From Chloroflexota bacterium (GTDB lineage Bacteria; Chloroflexota; Dehalococcoidia; JACQUO01): a stretch of 64,000 nucleotides of DNA. The first letter of the stretch is position 1. Every line of letters begins with the position of its first letter. Shown here piece by piece: positions 30,758-40,376 of this stretch. Both the position numbers and the translations under genes were made by a program. The stretch is taken from the NCBI GenBank assembly GCA_016210205.1, contig JACQUO010000023.1, forward strand, positions 3,788 to 67,787, read 5' to 3'. The notes below the pieces were generated by a model. That model did no database searches and had not been told where the DNA came from. It worked only from the letters and a program-made list of their open reading frames with translations.

Positions 30758-32032
30758 ATGCGACATAAAACATATGATGTTGACATAAACAACACTCTGA
30801 AGAGAGCTGCGCCACGGCCGGTGGCCTACCCTACCAGACAGCCCTCTGAGCGAGCGACGCTGGTGTCTGTGGCCCAAAAGGGCCAGGGCGCCTGGAAGAC
30901 TAAGGATTCGCTTCAGGAGCTTGCCCAGTTGACCGCTACGGCAGGAGCCACAGTCTTAGAGGTAGTCGTCCAAGTGCGGGAGAGCCCTCATGTGGCCACC
31001 TACCTGGGGAAGGGGAAGCTGGAGGAGCTGGCCGGGCTGAAAGGGGAGACGGACTACGACCTGGTCATCTGCGACGACGAGCTTTCTCCCACCCAGCAGC
31101 AGAATTTGGAGCGCGCCCTGGGGGTCAAGGTCATCGACCGCACCGCCCTCATCCTGGACATCTTCGCCCGGCATGCCCGCACCCAGGAAGGCCGCCTCCA
31201 GGTGGAGCTGGCCCAGGCCAAATATCTCATGCCCCGTCTGGCGGGCCAGTGGAGCCATCTGGAGCGCCTCGGGGGTGGCATCGGGACGCGAGGTCCAGGG
31301 GAGACCCAGCTGGAGACAGACCGGCGATTGGTGCGCCGCCGCATCCAGCGCCTGGAGCGGGAGCTGGAGGAGGTGCGCCGCCATCGGGCCTTGCACCGCC
31401 AGCACCGCGCTCGCCAGGGGCTCAAGCTGGTGGCCCTGGTGGGCTACACCAACGCCGGCAAGAGCACCCTCTTCAACGCCTTGAGCCACGCCCAGGCTAC
31501 CGTAGCCGACAAGCTCTTCACCACCCTGGATCCCACCACCCGTCGCCTCATCCTACCAGGCGGCCCCGGCGCCCTCCTCTCCGATACCGTGGGCTTCATC
31601 CAGAAGCTTCCCCCCGCCCTGGTGGCCGCCTTCCGGGCCACCCTGGAGGAGCTGGAAAGGGCAGACCTCCTGCTCCATGTCCTGGACATCAGCCACCCCA
31701 ACGCCGCCGCCCAGGCCGGGACCGTGGAGTTGGTCTTAGAAGAACTTGGGTTGGGGATGAAACCCAGGGTCTTGGCCTTGAATAAGGCTGACCTGCTCCT
31801 GGGGCAAGGCTCTTGGGAGCACTTGGAGCCTTTTAGCGCTTTTCTCGAGGACAGTGGCCATGGGGCAGCGCTAGTCTCCGCCACCAGGGGCTGGGGCCTA
31901 GAGCCGCTTAAGGCGTCCATCGCTGGAGGTCTCGCCTTGCCAGCCTCTGATGAGAAACTACGCATTTCGCCGGAGCCGGCGACTTCGCTGGTGAAATCAC
32001 TCCAGGCCCTCCTCTTGACAGACAAGGCCTGA
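30758..32032 (+). CDS. hflX: Ribosome-splitting GTPase HflX
   Basis: ILDIFA.HA.T.EG.LQVELAQ, GGIGTRGPGETQLE, GYTNAGKST, LFTTLDPT, DTVGFI, NKAD; start may be GTG 30821. Confidence 0.95.
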   Translation: MRHKTYDVDINNTLKRAAPRPVAYPTRQPSERATLVSVAQKGQGAWKTKDSLQELAQLTATAGATVLEVVVQVRESPHVATYLGKGKLEELAGLKGETDYDLVICDDELSPTQQQNLERALGVKVIDRTALILDIFARHARTQEGRLQVELAQAKYLMPRLAGQWSHLERLGGGIGTRGPGETQLETDRRLVRRRIQRLERELEEVRRHRALHRQHRARQGLKLVALVGYTNAGKSTLFNALSHAQATVADKLFTTLDPTTRRLILPGGPGALLSDTVGFIQKLPPALVAAFRATLEELERADLLLHVLDISHPNAAAQAGTVELVLEELGLGMKPRVLALNKADLLLGQGSWEHLEPFSAFLEDSGHGAALVSATRGWGLEPLKASIAGGLALPASDEKLRISPEPATSLVKSLQALLLTDKA

Positions 32033-32043
32033 TATTGTAGTCT
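32015..32043 (+). promoter_or_regulatory. Sigma70-type promoter of xer gene
   Basis: TTGACA-17 nt-TAGTCT. Confidence 0.7.
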
Positions 32044-32044
32044 T

Positions 32045-32072
32045 ATTTCGTCTAATGAACCTTAGGCGAAAC
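32045..32072. other. Palindromic dif-like tyrosine recombinase site (11-6-11)
   Basis: ATTTCGTCTAA-TGAACC-TTAGGCGAAAC; inner 10 bp of arms are inverted repeats with one mismatch; TAA-N6-TTA core. Confidence 0.6.
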
Positions 32073-32090
32073 GCAGCCTGGAGGTTGCCC

Positions 32091-33041
32091 ATGACCGCCC
32101 CGGATATAAACGCCCTGGCGGAGGATTACCTGGTTTATTTAGAGATAGACCGGGGCTACTCGCAACGCACTTGCCACAACTACCGCCTGTACCTGGGGAG
32201 GTTCCTGGACTGGGCCGCCCAATACGCCCCCCAGTCCACCCCCCAGACCCTGACCGCGGAGCTGCTCCGGCGCTATCGGCTACACCTTGCCCGCCTGAAG
32301 AGCCCCCAGGGAAAACCCCTCGGCAAGACCACCCAGAACTACGCTTTGATTGTGCTCAGGCAGTTCCTGCGCTATCTCCTGGTGAAAAGGGACCTGTCAA
32401 CCCTCTCGCCAGACAAGTTGGACCTGGCCAAAACTGATGAGCATTATGTCAACTTTCTCCGAGAGGATGAGCTGGAGCGCCTGCTGGCGGCCCCTGATGT
32501 CGCCACCCGCCAGGGGCTGCGGGACCGGGCCATCCTGGAGACCCTCTTCTCCACCGGGCTCCGGGTCTCGGAGCTAGCGGCCCTCAACCGGGAGCACGTC
32601 TGGGAGCGGCGGGAGTTCTCGGTGGTAGGCAAAGGCGGCAAGGCCCGCCTGGTCTTCCTCTCCCCAGAGGCGGCAGGATGGCTGGTTCGCTACTTGGCCA
32701 GCCGCCACGATGACTTCCGCCCCCTCTTCATCCGCTACAGCCGCGGCCAGTCCCCCCAGAAGGGTGGCGAAGGGATGCGGCTCACCCCCCGCTCCATCCA
32801 GAACATCGTGAGCAAATATTCCCTCAAGGCAAGCCTGCCCTTTAAGGCCAGCCCCCACACCCTGCGCCACTCCTTCGCCACGGACCTCCTCCAGGGCGGG
32901 GCGGACCTCCGCTCCGTGCAGGAGATGCTGGGGCATGCCAGCATCAAGACTACCCAGGTCTATACCCATGTCACCGATGGTCGCCTCAGGGCCACCCACC
33001 AGGAGGCCCACCGGCGCCATAGGGACAAGGGGCCAAAGTGA
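32091..33041 (+). CDS. Tyrosine recombinase, XerC/XerD/XerA family
   Basis: LRDRAILETLFSTGLRVSEL, GKGGK, HTLRHSFAT, QEMLGH, TTQVYTH: full R-K-H-R-H-Y catalytic set; GGAGG RBS. Confidence 0.93.
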   Translation: MTAPDINALAEDYLVYLEIDRGYSQRTCHNYRLYLGRFLDWAAQYAPQSTPQTLTAELLRRYRLHLARLKSPQGKPLGKTTQNYALIVLRQFLRYLLVKRDLSTLSPDKLDLAKTDEHYVNFLREDELERLLAAPDVATRQGLRDRAILETLFSTGLRVSELAALNREHVWERREFSVVGKGGKARLVFLSPEAAGWLVRYLASRHDDFRPLFIRYSRGQSPQKGGEGMRLTPRSIQNIVSKYSLKASLPFKASPHTLRHSFATDLLQGGADLRSVQEMLGHASIKTTQVYTHVTDGRLRATHQEAHRRHRDKGPK

Positions 33042-33058
33042 CACCGTTATGTAATGCA

Positions 33059-33090
33059 AACAGAGCCTGGGGCGTGCCCCAGGCTCTGTT
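33059..33090. terminator. Perfect hairpin between convergent xer and thiolase genes
   Basis: AACAGAGCCTGGGGC-GT-GCCCCAGGCTCTGTT. Confidence 0.8.
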
Positions 33091-33120
33091 ATTGATGAAA
33101 CTCAGGGCTTTTGGCCGAGC

Positions 33121-34290
33121 TTAAAGCCCTACGATATTGACCGCGGTGTTGCACCCGCCCGGGCCACCGCCCAGGTTGTGCACTACGGCGTATCCATCCT
33201 TCTTCCGCTGCCGCGGGCCCGCCTTGCCCTGGAGCTGCTTGTAGCACTCGTACAGCATACGCAGCCCGCTGGCCCCGATGGGATGTCCGTAGGACTTGAG
33301 GCCGCCGTCGGGGTTCACCGCCAGCTCGCCCTCCAGCTCGAAGACGCCGCCTTCGATGAACTCCTTCATCTTGCCCCGGGGCGCCCAGGCCATGTCCTCA
33401 CATATCACCAGCTCGGTGATGGTGAAGCAGTCGTGGACCTCGGCCAGGGTGATTTCCTTGAGGGGATTCTTGATGCCCGCCTCCCGGTAGGCCATCTGGG
33501 CCGCCCGGGTGTTCTCCTCAAAGTGGGTGTAGTCGTAGTCCGTGCGAATCTGCCCCTCCCCAGGCCCAGAGACCAGGGCACAGGCCTTGACGAAGATGGG
33601 GTCGGGCCGGAACTTCTTGGCCATATCCGCCCGGCAGATGACCGCCGCCGCCGCGCCGTCGGAGACGCCGCAGCAGTCAAACAGCCCCAGATAGGGCGCG
33701 GCCACCAGGGGAGCCTTGATGGCCTGCTCCAGGGTGATTTCCCGCTGGAACATGGCCTTGGGGTTCAGGGAGCCGTTGTGATGGTTCTTCACCGCGATGC
33801 GGCCCAACAGCTCCTTGCCCTTGGCCTGGTCGATGCCATAGCGATGGAAATACCGGGGCGCCAGCCGAGAGAAGCTCCCGGGGGGCGTGCCCCGGGGCTC
33901 CACGCCGGAGTTGGGATAGCCGCCGCCGCCCAGGCCCGAGATGCCGGCGTCCTTGAGCTTCTCGAACCCCAGGGCCAGCACCACATCGTAAATCCCTGCC
34001 GCCACCGCATAGCAGGCGTTGCGGAAGGTGTCCGACCCCGTGGCGCACATGTTCTCCACGCGGGTCACCGGGATATACTGGAGCTTTAAAGGCCGGGCCA
34101 GGCTCATCCCCGTGGTGCCCTGGGTGGTGCCCACCCAGGCCGCCTGGATATCCTTGGGCTCAATGCCGGCGTCTTCAAAGGCCTCGAACGCCGCCTCTAC
34201 GATGAGGTCGTCGGCGTCTTTGTTGAAGTGCTCTTTGAAAGTGGTGCAGCCCATCCCCACGATAGCCACGCGATTCTTAATCGTTTCCAT
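33121..34290 (-). CDS. Acetyl-CoA acetyltransferase, SCP2/archaeal-type thiolase
   Basis: RVENMCATGS, NHHNGSLNP.A, DCC..SDGAAA, EVHDCFT, GHPIGASG. Confidence 0.9.
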   Translation of the reverse strand: METIKNRVAIVGMGCTTFKEHFNKDADDLIVEAAFEAFEDAGIEPKDIQAAWVGTTQGTTGMSLARPLKLQYIPVTRVENMCATGSDTFRNACYAVAAGIYDVVLALGFEKLKDAGISGLGGGGYPNSGVEPRGTPPGSFSRLAPRYFHRYGIDQAKGKELLGRIAVKNHHNGSLNPKAMFQREITLEQAIKAPLVAAPYLGLFDCCGVSDGAAAAVICRADMAKKFRPDPIFVKACALVSGPGEGQIRTDYDYTHFEENTRAAQMAYREAGIKNPLKEITLAEVHDCFTITELVICEDMAWAPRGKMKEFIEGGVFELEGELAVNPDGGLKSYGHPIGASGLRMLYECYKQLQGKAGPRQRKKDGYAVVHNLGGGPGGCNTAVNIVGL

Positions 34291-34387
34291 GTCAGTGGTT
34301 CCCTCCTTGATTCAGGCCAGCCGTTCCTATTCCATTGGGGTCGATAACCCCCCACCTCGCTCCCGATAACGCCGGGGAAAGTCAACC

Positions 34388-35806
34388 TTACCGTACAGGC
34401 CTGGTCTTCCAGTAGTAGTTATGGATGCCCAGGAGATGGGAGACCTTGCGGAAGGTCATCTCCACCGGGGTGTCTATCTTTATTTCTGCGATGTCTCTAT
34501 CGGCGCACTCGAAGGCACCCCGTCCGCCGCCCTCGAAATCCACCACCGTCACCGTGGTGGGCGGGTCGATGGAGGCTGCCAGGTAGTCGTGAGTGAAGGT
34601 GAAGACCTTGGCCTGCTTCTCGGCCATGCGCACGTCCTCGAACTTCATCCCCTTGTCCTGACAATAGACGCAGAGGACCTGAGGCGGGAACTGGAGTTTG
34701 CCGCAAGCCATGCACTTGGCGCCGTAGAGGCTGAGGTTCTTCTTCTGCTCCCGCCACATGGCGGTCACGGAAGGTGGGATGGGAGCGGGTCGGCGGGCCG
34801 ATTCAGTGGGAATCATGCCCCGCCACTTGAGGTATTTCTGGTAGCTGGGCATCACCTTCTTGTTGTTGATGTACCCCTTGACGCCCCGATGGTCGCGGGC
34901 CTTCTCAATCTCGGGGGTCACCTTGAAGAGGATGACATCGCTGCCGTCTCCATAGCCCGAGAAGAGGATGGTGTCCCCCGCCTTGGCCTCCTCCAGGGCT
35001 GCCACCAGCATCAGGAGGGCCTCGGCGGCGCCGCTGTTGCCCACTGCATTAATGAGGGTGTCCTGGGTCTGGGCCGGCTCAAAGCCCAGGCTCTTGGCCA
35101 AGCCCTGGTGGGTCCGCAAATCCGGGCCGTAGGCCACGAACTTGGTGATGGCCTTGGGGGTAAGCTTGTGCTTAGACATGAACTGCTTCACCGCTGCGGA
35201 CACAGTGGCGGTGTAGCCTTCCCCTAAGATGAACCGGTCCTCCCAGGAGCGGACATAGCCGTCCTCAGCCGAGCGCCAGAGGTCGATGAACTCGTTGGTG
35301 ACGGTGTAGGTGTCCTCGACAGTGGCGATGACGTTCTTGTTGCCGATGAGGACGGCAGCGGCGGCGTCGCCCAGGAGCTGCTCGAACTCGCCCTGGGCAG
35401 CCCCCATGCGGCTGTCAGCGGCGGTCACCAGCACGCTGCGAGCCGAGCCGCTCTTGACCCCATCCAGGGCCAGGGTGATACCCGTGGAGGCGCCCCGGAG
35501 CGAGCCGTCCAAGTCCACACAGCGCGCCTCCCGGCGCAGGTCCGTAGCCAGGGCGATGGTGGAGGCTGCCTGCTTCTCCCGGTAGGGGGAAGAGGTGGTG
35601 GCGAAGAAGAGCCCGTCCACGGCGGAGCGGTCGACGCCCTTAAGGCAGTCCAGGGCGGCAGCCACAGCCATGGTGAGGCTGTCCTCGTCCCAGTTGGCGA
35701 TGGCTTTTTCCCCCTGGGCTGCGAAGCCCCCCCACGCCTTGGCAATATCGGCCCTGCTCAACCGGTTCCAGGGGATATACGCCCCATACGAAGTGATGCC
35801 TGCCAT
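34388..35806 (-). CDS. HMG-CoA-synthase-fold protein fused to DUF35 Zn-ribbon/OB-fold
   Basis: GITSYGAYIP, DEDSLTM, GDAAAA, GNSG, GYGDG; C-terminal CMACG..FPP..CVYC and OB fold. Confidence 0.85.
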   Translation of the reverse strand: MAGITSYGAYIPWNRLSRADIAKAWGGFAAQGEKAIANWDEDSLTMAVAAALDCLKGVDRSAVDGLFFATTSSPYREKQAASTIALATDLRREARCVDLDGSLRGASTGITLALDGVKSGSARSVLVTAADSRMGAAQGEFEQLLGDAAAAVLIGNKNVIATVEDTYTVTNEFIDLWRSAEDGYVRSWEDRFILGEGYTATVSAAVKQFMSKHKLTPKAITKFVAYGPDLRTHQGLAKSLGFEPAQTQDTLINAVGNSGAAEALLMLVAALEEAKAGDTILFSGYGDGSDVILFKVTPEIEKARDHRGVKGYINNKKVMPSYQKYLKWRGMIPTESARRPAPIPPSVTAMWREQKKNLSLYGAKCMACGKLQFPPQVLCVYCQDKGMKFEDVRMAEKQAKVFTFTHDYLAASIDPPTTVTVVDFEGGGRGAFECADRDIAEIKIDTPVEMTFRKVSHLLGIHNYYWKTRPVR

Positions 35807-36088
35807 GATTACCTCCTCTAGCTCGAGTTTTACTGGGAATACCGGCGGTCTCAGCCAGAAGGCATCAATCTGCCCTCAAAAGACCTTGGGTAATCTTTGT
35901 CTCCCGGGCTCCACCGGGAGCCTTGCCAGTGGGCCGGGGAAAAAAGGGGCAAACGCGATGTTTAGGCGCCACGGAGATTAAGGTATGGGCCACTTCCTCA
36001 AGCAGGGAAGCCCTACTTGCTCGGCCAGGCTCCAGTTGGAGAGACGCTTTCTAGTCCCTTTGTGCAAGGGATATAAAAGGGTATGGGA

Positions 36089-36117
36089 AAAATAACATTT
36101 TTCCCCCCTTTTGTCAA
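36089..36117 (-). promoter_or_regulatory. Sigma70-type promoter about 280 nt upstream of HMGS-like gene
   Basis: Minus strand TTGACA-17 nt-TATTTT with TG extension. Confidence 0.6.
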
Positions 36118-36240
36118 GCTTGAGCCCGTATCAGTGGACTTTCACGTAAAGGTAAGCTTTCGCAAAATACCCTGAGTCCTGCTATGTTCAGTTGCCCGCC
36201 ATTTCCAAATATGATAGGCTTAAACACTAGATAGACCGAA

Positions 36241-37449
36241 ATGAGTCGCCTTAGGTATCTTTTCACTATGCTGAAGTCCAAAAAGCTCCTCTTTTTGACC
36301 CTAGCCCTGGTTCTGGCGGTGACCATCAGCTCCTTTGGGGCTGGCTTTCTCTTCGCCCGAGGCCAGAGCCCGCAGCCCAATATCCCCATCCCGCCAGAAC
36401 TGCGCAGCGTGGCGGAAATCTGGAACGTCATCCGAGAGGAGCATGTTGACCGCAAGACCTTGGATCCAGAAAAGCTGCGCCAGGGAGCGATTAAAGGCCT
36501 CCTCGATACCCTTAATGACCCGCATACCTCTTACTTGAACGCCCAGCAATACCGTCTTCAGACCAGCGAGTTGCAAGGCTCTTTCTTCGGCATTGGGGCG
36601 GAGCTGGGCCTCAGGGACTCGCAGTTGATTGTAGTCGCGCCCTTCCCGAACTCGCCGGCGGAGCGGTCTGGTGTCAGGCCAGGGGACAAAATTCTCTCCG
36701 TGGACGGCCTTGCCACCAAAGGCGTGAGCCTCCCCGAGGCTGTGCTGAAAATCCGGGGCCCCAAGGGAGCCAAGGTGGTCCTAACTGTCCTCCATGATGG
36801 CGACGAGACCCCGGTTGATATCGCCGTCATCAGAGATGAAATCCGCACTCGTAGCGTCATCCTTACCTGGCGCGGCGATAACATCGCCCACATCCGTTTG
36901 ACCACCTTCGCCCAGCGTACTGAAGAGGAACTCAAGGCAGCCCTAGAGGAGATCCGCAGCAAGGGCGGCAAGGGAATAATCCTGGATCTGCGCAACAACG
37001 GCGGCGGGCTCCTGACGGCGGCTGTGGGTGTTTCCAGCCAGTTCCTATCCGGGGGCCTCGTCCTAACGGAAGAAGACTACACCGGGCGGCGGAGCAGCCA
37101 GCGGGTTATCCCAGGCGGCTTGGCCTTGGAGACGCCCCTGGTGGTTTTGGTGAACAACTTTTCCGCCAGCGCCAGCGAGATTGTGGCCGGCGCCTTGCAG
37201 GACCAGGGCCGGGCCACGGTCATCGGGACCGTCACCTTCGGCAAAGGCACCATCAACCATGTGAGGGAGCTCCAGGACGGCTCCGCCCTCTATATCAGCA
37301 TCGCCCGCTGGTTCACCCCCAAGGGCCGGAAGATTGAGGGCGCGGGCATCACGCCGGATATGGTCGTCGCCATAAGCGAGGAGGACCGGGCCCAGGGCGC
37401 TGACCCCCAGCTCCAGCGAGGCCTGGACTATTTGGCCGGCCTGCATTAG
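36241..37449 (+). CDS. ctpA: Carboxyl-terminal processing protease, S41 family
   Basis: Signal/TM, LNDPHTSY, PDZ (GIG, SPA), DLRNNGGG, SASASEI, TFGKG, GITPD; start may be 36268. Confidence 0.9.
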   Translation: MSRLRYLFTMLKSKKLLFLTLALVLAVTISSFGAGFLFARGQSPQPNIPIPPELRSVAEIWNVIREEHVDRKTLDPEKLRQGAIKGLLDTLNDPHTSYLNAQQYRLQTSELQGSFFGIGAELGLRDSQLIVVAPFPNSPAERSGVRPGDKILSVDGLATKGVSLPEAVLKIRGPKGAKVVLTVLHDGDETPVDIAVIRDEIRTRSVILTWRGDNIAHIRLTTFAQRTEEELKAALEEIRSKGGKGIILDLRNNGGGLLTAAVGVSSQFLSGGLVLTEEDYTGRRSSQRVIPGGLALETPLVVLVNNFSASASEIVAGALQDQGRATVIGTVTFGKGTINHVRELQDGSALYISIARWFTPKGRKIEGAGITPDMVVAISEEDRAQGADPQLQRGLDYLAGLH

Positions 37450-37551
37450 GCAGCGGGCTTTCAGCCCTCGTTTTGCCGCAACTCACCACTGAGTTGGCCC
37501 TTCTTCTCCCTTGAAGGCCCCTTCATATTTCGCTATAATCTATCGTTGAGC

Positions 37552-38004
37552 ATGAATCCTAAAACTATCGCTATAAACCGCAAAGCCCACCACGACTACC
37601 ATCTCCAGGGGAGTTGGGAGGCGGGCTTGGTGCTCACGGGGACGGAGATTAAGTCCATCCGGTCCGCCAAGGTGAACATCCGGGATGCCTATGCCCAGGC
37701 GCAGGGCGGGGAGATGTGGCTGCATCAGGCCCACATCGCCCCATATGAAAAGGGCAACATCTATAACCACGCGCCGCTGCGACCGCGCAAGCTCCTTCTG
37801 CATAAGGCAGAGATTAGGGCCATGACCCAAAAGGCTGCCGAAAAGGGCCTGACCCTGGTGCCGAAAAGACTTTATGTAAAGAATGGCTATGCCAAGGTGG
37901 AGCTGGCTCTGGCCAAGGGCAAAAAGGCTTATGACCACCGCGAGGACATCGCCAAACGGGACGCCCGACGCTCCCTGGAGCGGGAGCTGGCGAGCCGGCG
38001 CTGA
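37552..38004 (+). CDS. smpB: SsrA-binding protein
   Basis: NRKAHHDY, EAGLVLTGTEIKSIR, RKLLLHK, KGKKAYDHRE; adjacent to tmRNA. Confidence 0.97.
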   Translation: MNPKTIAINRKAHHDYHLQGSWEAGLVLTGTEIKSIRSAKVNIRDAYAQAQGGEMWLHQAHIAPYEKGNIYNHAPLRPRKLLLHKAEIRAMTQKAAEKGLTLVPKRLYVKNGYAKVELALAKGKKAYDHREDIAKRDARRSLERELASRR

Positions 38005-38027
38005 CCCTGCGGGATTGAGTTGAGCGT

Positions 38028-38378
38028 GGGGACGAGGGGTTCGACAGGGAAGGAGGTTACGAGATTGCAGGCCGAGGTGCCGTCACCCTCGATAATCAGG
38101 CGGCAAAATATAACTGGCGAACGTGAATTCGCACTAGCGGCCTAAAAGGCTGCTACGTCTGCCCCCGCCTCTCCTCCATGGGCAGGGAGCGGGCGACGTA
38201 ATGTGGAGGTGCTGTGGCCTTTACGCCCTTAAGGGCCGCCTAAGACCCAGGGGCTGGCCTCGGGAAGACTCGGCCGGTTGAGTCCCCCGGGGTGAGAGCT
38301 AAAAGCCGGAAAAGCCTGTAGCATATCTCGGACGGCCTTCTGCTGGACGGGGAGTTCGACTCTCCCCCGTCTCCACCA
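38028..38378 (+). ncRNA. ssrA: tmRNA; tag peptide (A)GEREFALAA at 38116-38145
   Basis: 5' GGGGACG pairs with 3' CGTCTCC-ACCA with G3.U wobble; GGTTCGAC near 5' end; T-arm GGAG-TTCGA-CTCT; ATAACTG resume context; follows smpB. Confidence 0.97.
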
Positions 38379-38502
38379 CAACAAATCCGGGGCGATTAAG
38401 GTATGGTCGCCTCGAACTCCCGCCTTGGCGCAAATAATGCTATACTTAAGGGCGGCGGCTGGCCCCTCAGGGGCCAATTTTTGCGCTCCGCTTAAGGTGA
38501 CG

Positions 38503-40335
38503 ATGCCACAAGACCTCAGGAATATCGCCATTATCGCCCACGTGGACCACGGCAAGACCACCCTGGTGGATGCCTTGCTCAAGCAGAGCCATGTCTTCCG
38601 CGCCAATCAACAGGTGGGGGAATTCATCATGGACAGCAATCCCCTGGAGAGAGAGCGCGGCATTACTATCCTGGCCAAGAACACCGCCATCACCTATAAG
38701 GGCGTTAAAATCAATATCATAGACACCCCGGGCCATGCTGACTTCAGCGGAGAAGTGGAGCGCGTTCTCAACATGGCCGATGGCTGTCTCCTGGTGGTGG
38801 ACGCCGTAGACGGGCCGATGCCGCAGACGCGCTATGTGTTGAAGAAGGCCCTGGCCACCGGGCTCAAGCCAGTGGTGGTCATCAACAAAGTGGATAGGCC
38901 CAGCGCCCGAGCCAAGGAAGTAGTGAGCCTGGTCCAGGACCTGTTCCTCGAGCTGGCCACAGATGCCGAACAGCTGAATTTTCCCATCCTTTATGCCTCG
39001 GCGCGCCTGGGGTATGCCGTGACCGACCTCAGCGCCGAGCCGCGGGACATGGAGCCCCTCTTCGAGGCCATCCTGCACCAAGTGCCCCCACCATCCGGCG
39101 ATGGAGCAGCACCACTTCAGCTCCTGGTCACTGCCCTGGATTACGATAACCACCTAGGCCAAATTGCCATTGGGCGCATTTCCCGCGGTTCTCTTGCCTC
39201 TGGCGAGCCCGTGGTGCGCATAAATCGGGAGGGGCAGCAATCTCCCTACAAAGTCGAGCGCCTCTATGTCTTTCAAGGCTTGGAGCGACAGGAAGTGCCG
39301 CAGGCGCCGGCCGGGGAGATAGTGGCCATAGCCGGGGTTGAGCAGGTGTCCATTGGCGACACCATCGCCTCCGCGCAATATCCCGAGGCTCTGCCCCCTA
39401 TTATTATCGATGAGCCGACCGTCAGGATTACCCTGGGGGTCAACACCTCGCCCTTTGCAGGGCGTGAGGGTCAGTCCAGCATGTCCCGGCAGCTTTACGC
39501 CCGGCTGGTGCGGGAGCTCCAGACCAACGTCAGCCTCCGCGTCCAGCAGACAGACTCCCCGGACGAGTTCCAGGTGTCTGGCCGCGGCGAGCTCCATCTG
39601 GCCATCCTTATCGAGACCATGCGGCGGGAAGGTTACGAGTTCCAGGTGTCCAAACCAGAGGCGGTGCTCAAAGAGAGGGCTGGCGTCATCCTGGAGCCCT
39701 ACGAGATGCTCATGATGGACACACGGGAGGACTTTGTCGGCCCCCTTACAGAGAATCTGGCGCCGCGCCTGGCCAAAATGACGGACATGCGGTATGACGG
39801 CCGGGGGAGCGTCCATCTGGAGTTCCAACTCCCTACCCGAGGGCTCATTGGGTTCAACAGCTACTTTTTACGCGTTACTCGCGGCAACGGGGTGATGAAC
39901 AGCCAGCTCCTGGACTATGCGCCCTTTCAGGGGGAGGTCCGCTCAACCCGTAACGGCGCCCTGGTAGCCTCTGAGACAGGAGTGGCCGTAACCTACGGCC
40001 TGAATAACGCTCAGGGCCGTGGCGACACCTTTGTGGAGCCAGGGACACCAGTCTACGAGGGGATGATTGTGGGTCTCCACGCTCGCGACGATGACTTGGT
40101 GGTCAACATCTGTAAAGAGAAAAAACAGACCAACACGCGGTCATCCACGGCGGACATAGCCATCCGTCTAACCCCTGCCGTCGTCATGAGTCTGGAGGAG
40201 TGCCTGGACTTCATCAACCCCGATGAGATGGTAGAGGTCACCCCCAAGAGCCTGCGCCTGCGCAAGAAGGTCCTCACCAGCGACGAGCGGCATCGGCTCA
40301 ACCGAGAACAAGCCCGGGCCCTGGCAGGACGGTAG
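38503..40335 (+). CDS. typA: Translational GTPase TypA/BipA
   Basis: [48 protein letters not shown]. Confidence 0.96.
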   Translation: MPQDLRNIAIIAHVDHGKTTLVDALLKQSHVFRANQQVGEFIMDSNPLERERGITILAKNTAITYKGVKINIIDTPGHADFSGEVERVLNMADGCLLVVDAVDGPMPQTRYVLKKALATGLKPVVVINKVDRPSARAKEVVSLVQDLFLELATDAEQLNFPILYASARLGYAVTDLSAEPRDMEPLFEAILHQVPPPSGDGAAPLQLLVTALDYDNHLGQIAIGRISRGSLASGEPVVRINREGQQSPYKVERLYVFQGLERQEVPQAPAGEIVAIAGVEQVSIGDTIASAQYPEALPPIIIDEPTVRITLGVNTSPFAGREGQSSMSRQLYARLVRELQTNVSLRVQQTDSPDEFQVSGRGELHLAILIETMRREGYEFQVSKPEAVLKERAGVILEPYEMLMMDTREDFVGPLTENLAPRLAKMTDMRYDGRGSVHLEFQLPTRGLIGFNSYFLRVTRGNGVMNSQLLDYAPFQGEVRSTRNGALVASETGVAVTYGLNNAQGRGDTFVEPGTPVYEGMIVGLHARDDDLVVNICKEKKQTNTRSSTADIAIRLTPAVVMSLEECLDFINPDEMVEVTPKSLRLRKKVLTSDERHRLNREQARALAGR

Positions 40336-40376
40336 AGATAGGTTAGCTTCGCTGCCGGTATGGACAAAGACAGGGC

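Noticed and set aside
32091..33041. Xer gene as a phage or integron integrase
   Set aside because: No IntI-specific insertion, attC-like sites or mobile cargo adjacent; motifs are chromosomal Xer-like
33039..33060. TTATGTAA after the xer gene as a dif arm
   Set aside because: No matching opposite arm at 6-bp spacing
33121..35806. Mevalonate pathway coexisting with MEP (dxs)
   Set aside because: HMGS catalytic residues appear absent, and no HMG-CoA reductase or kinases are in the window
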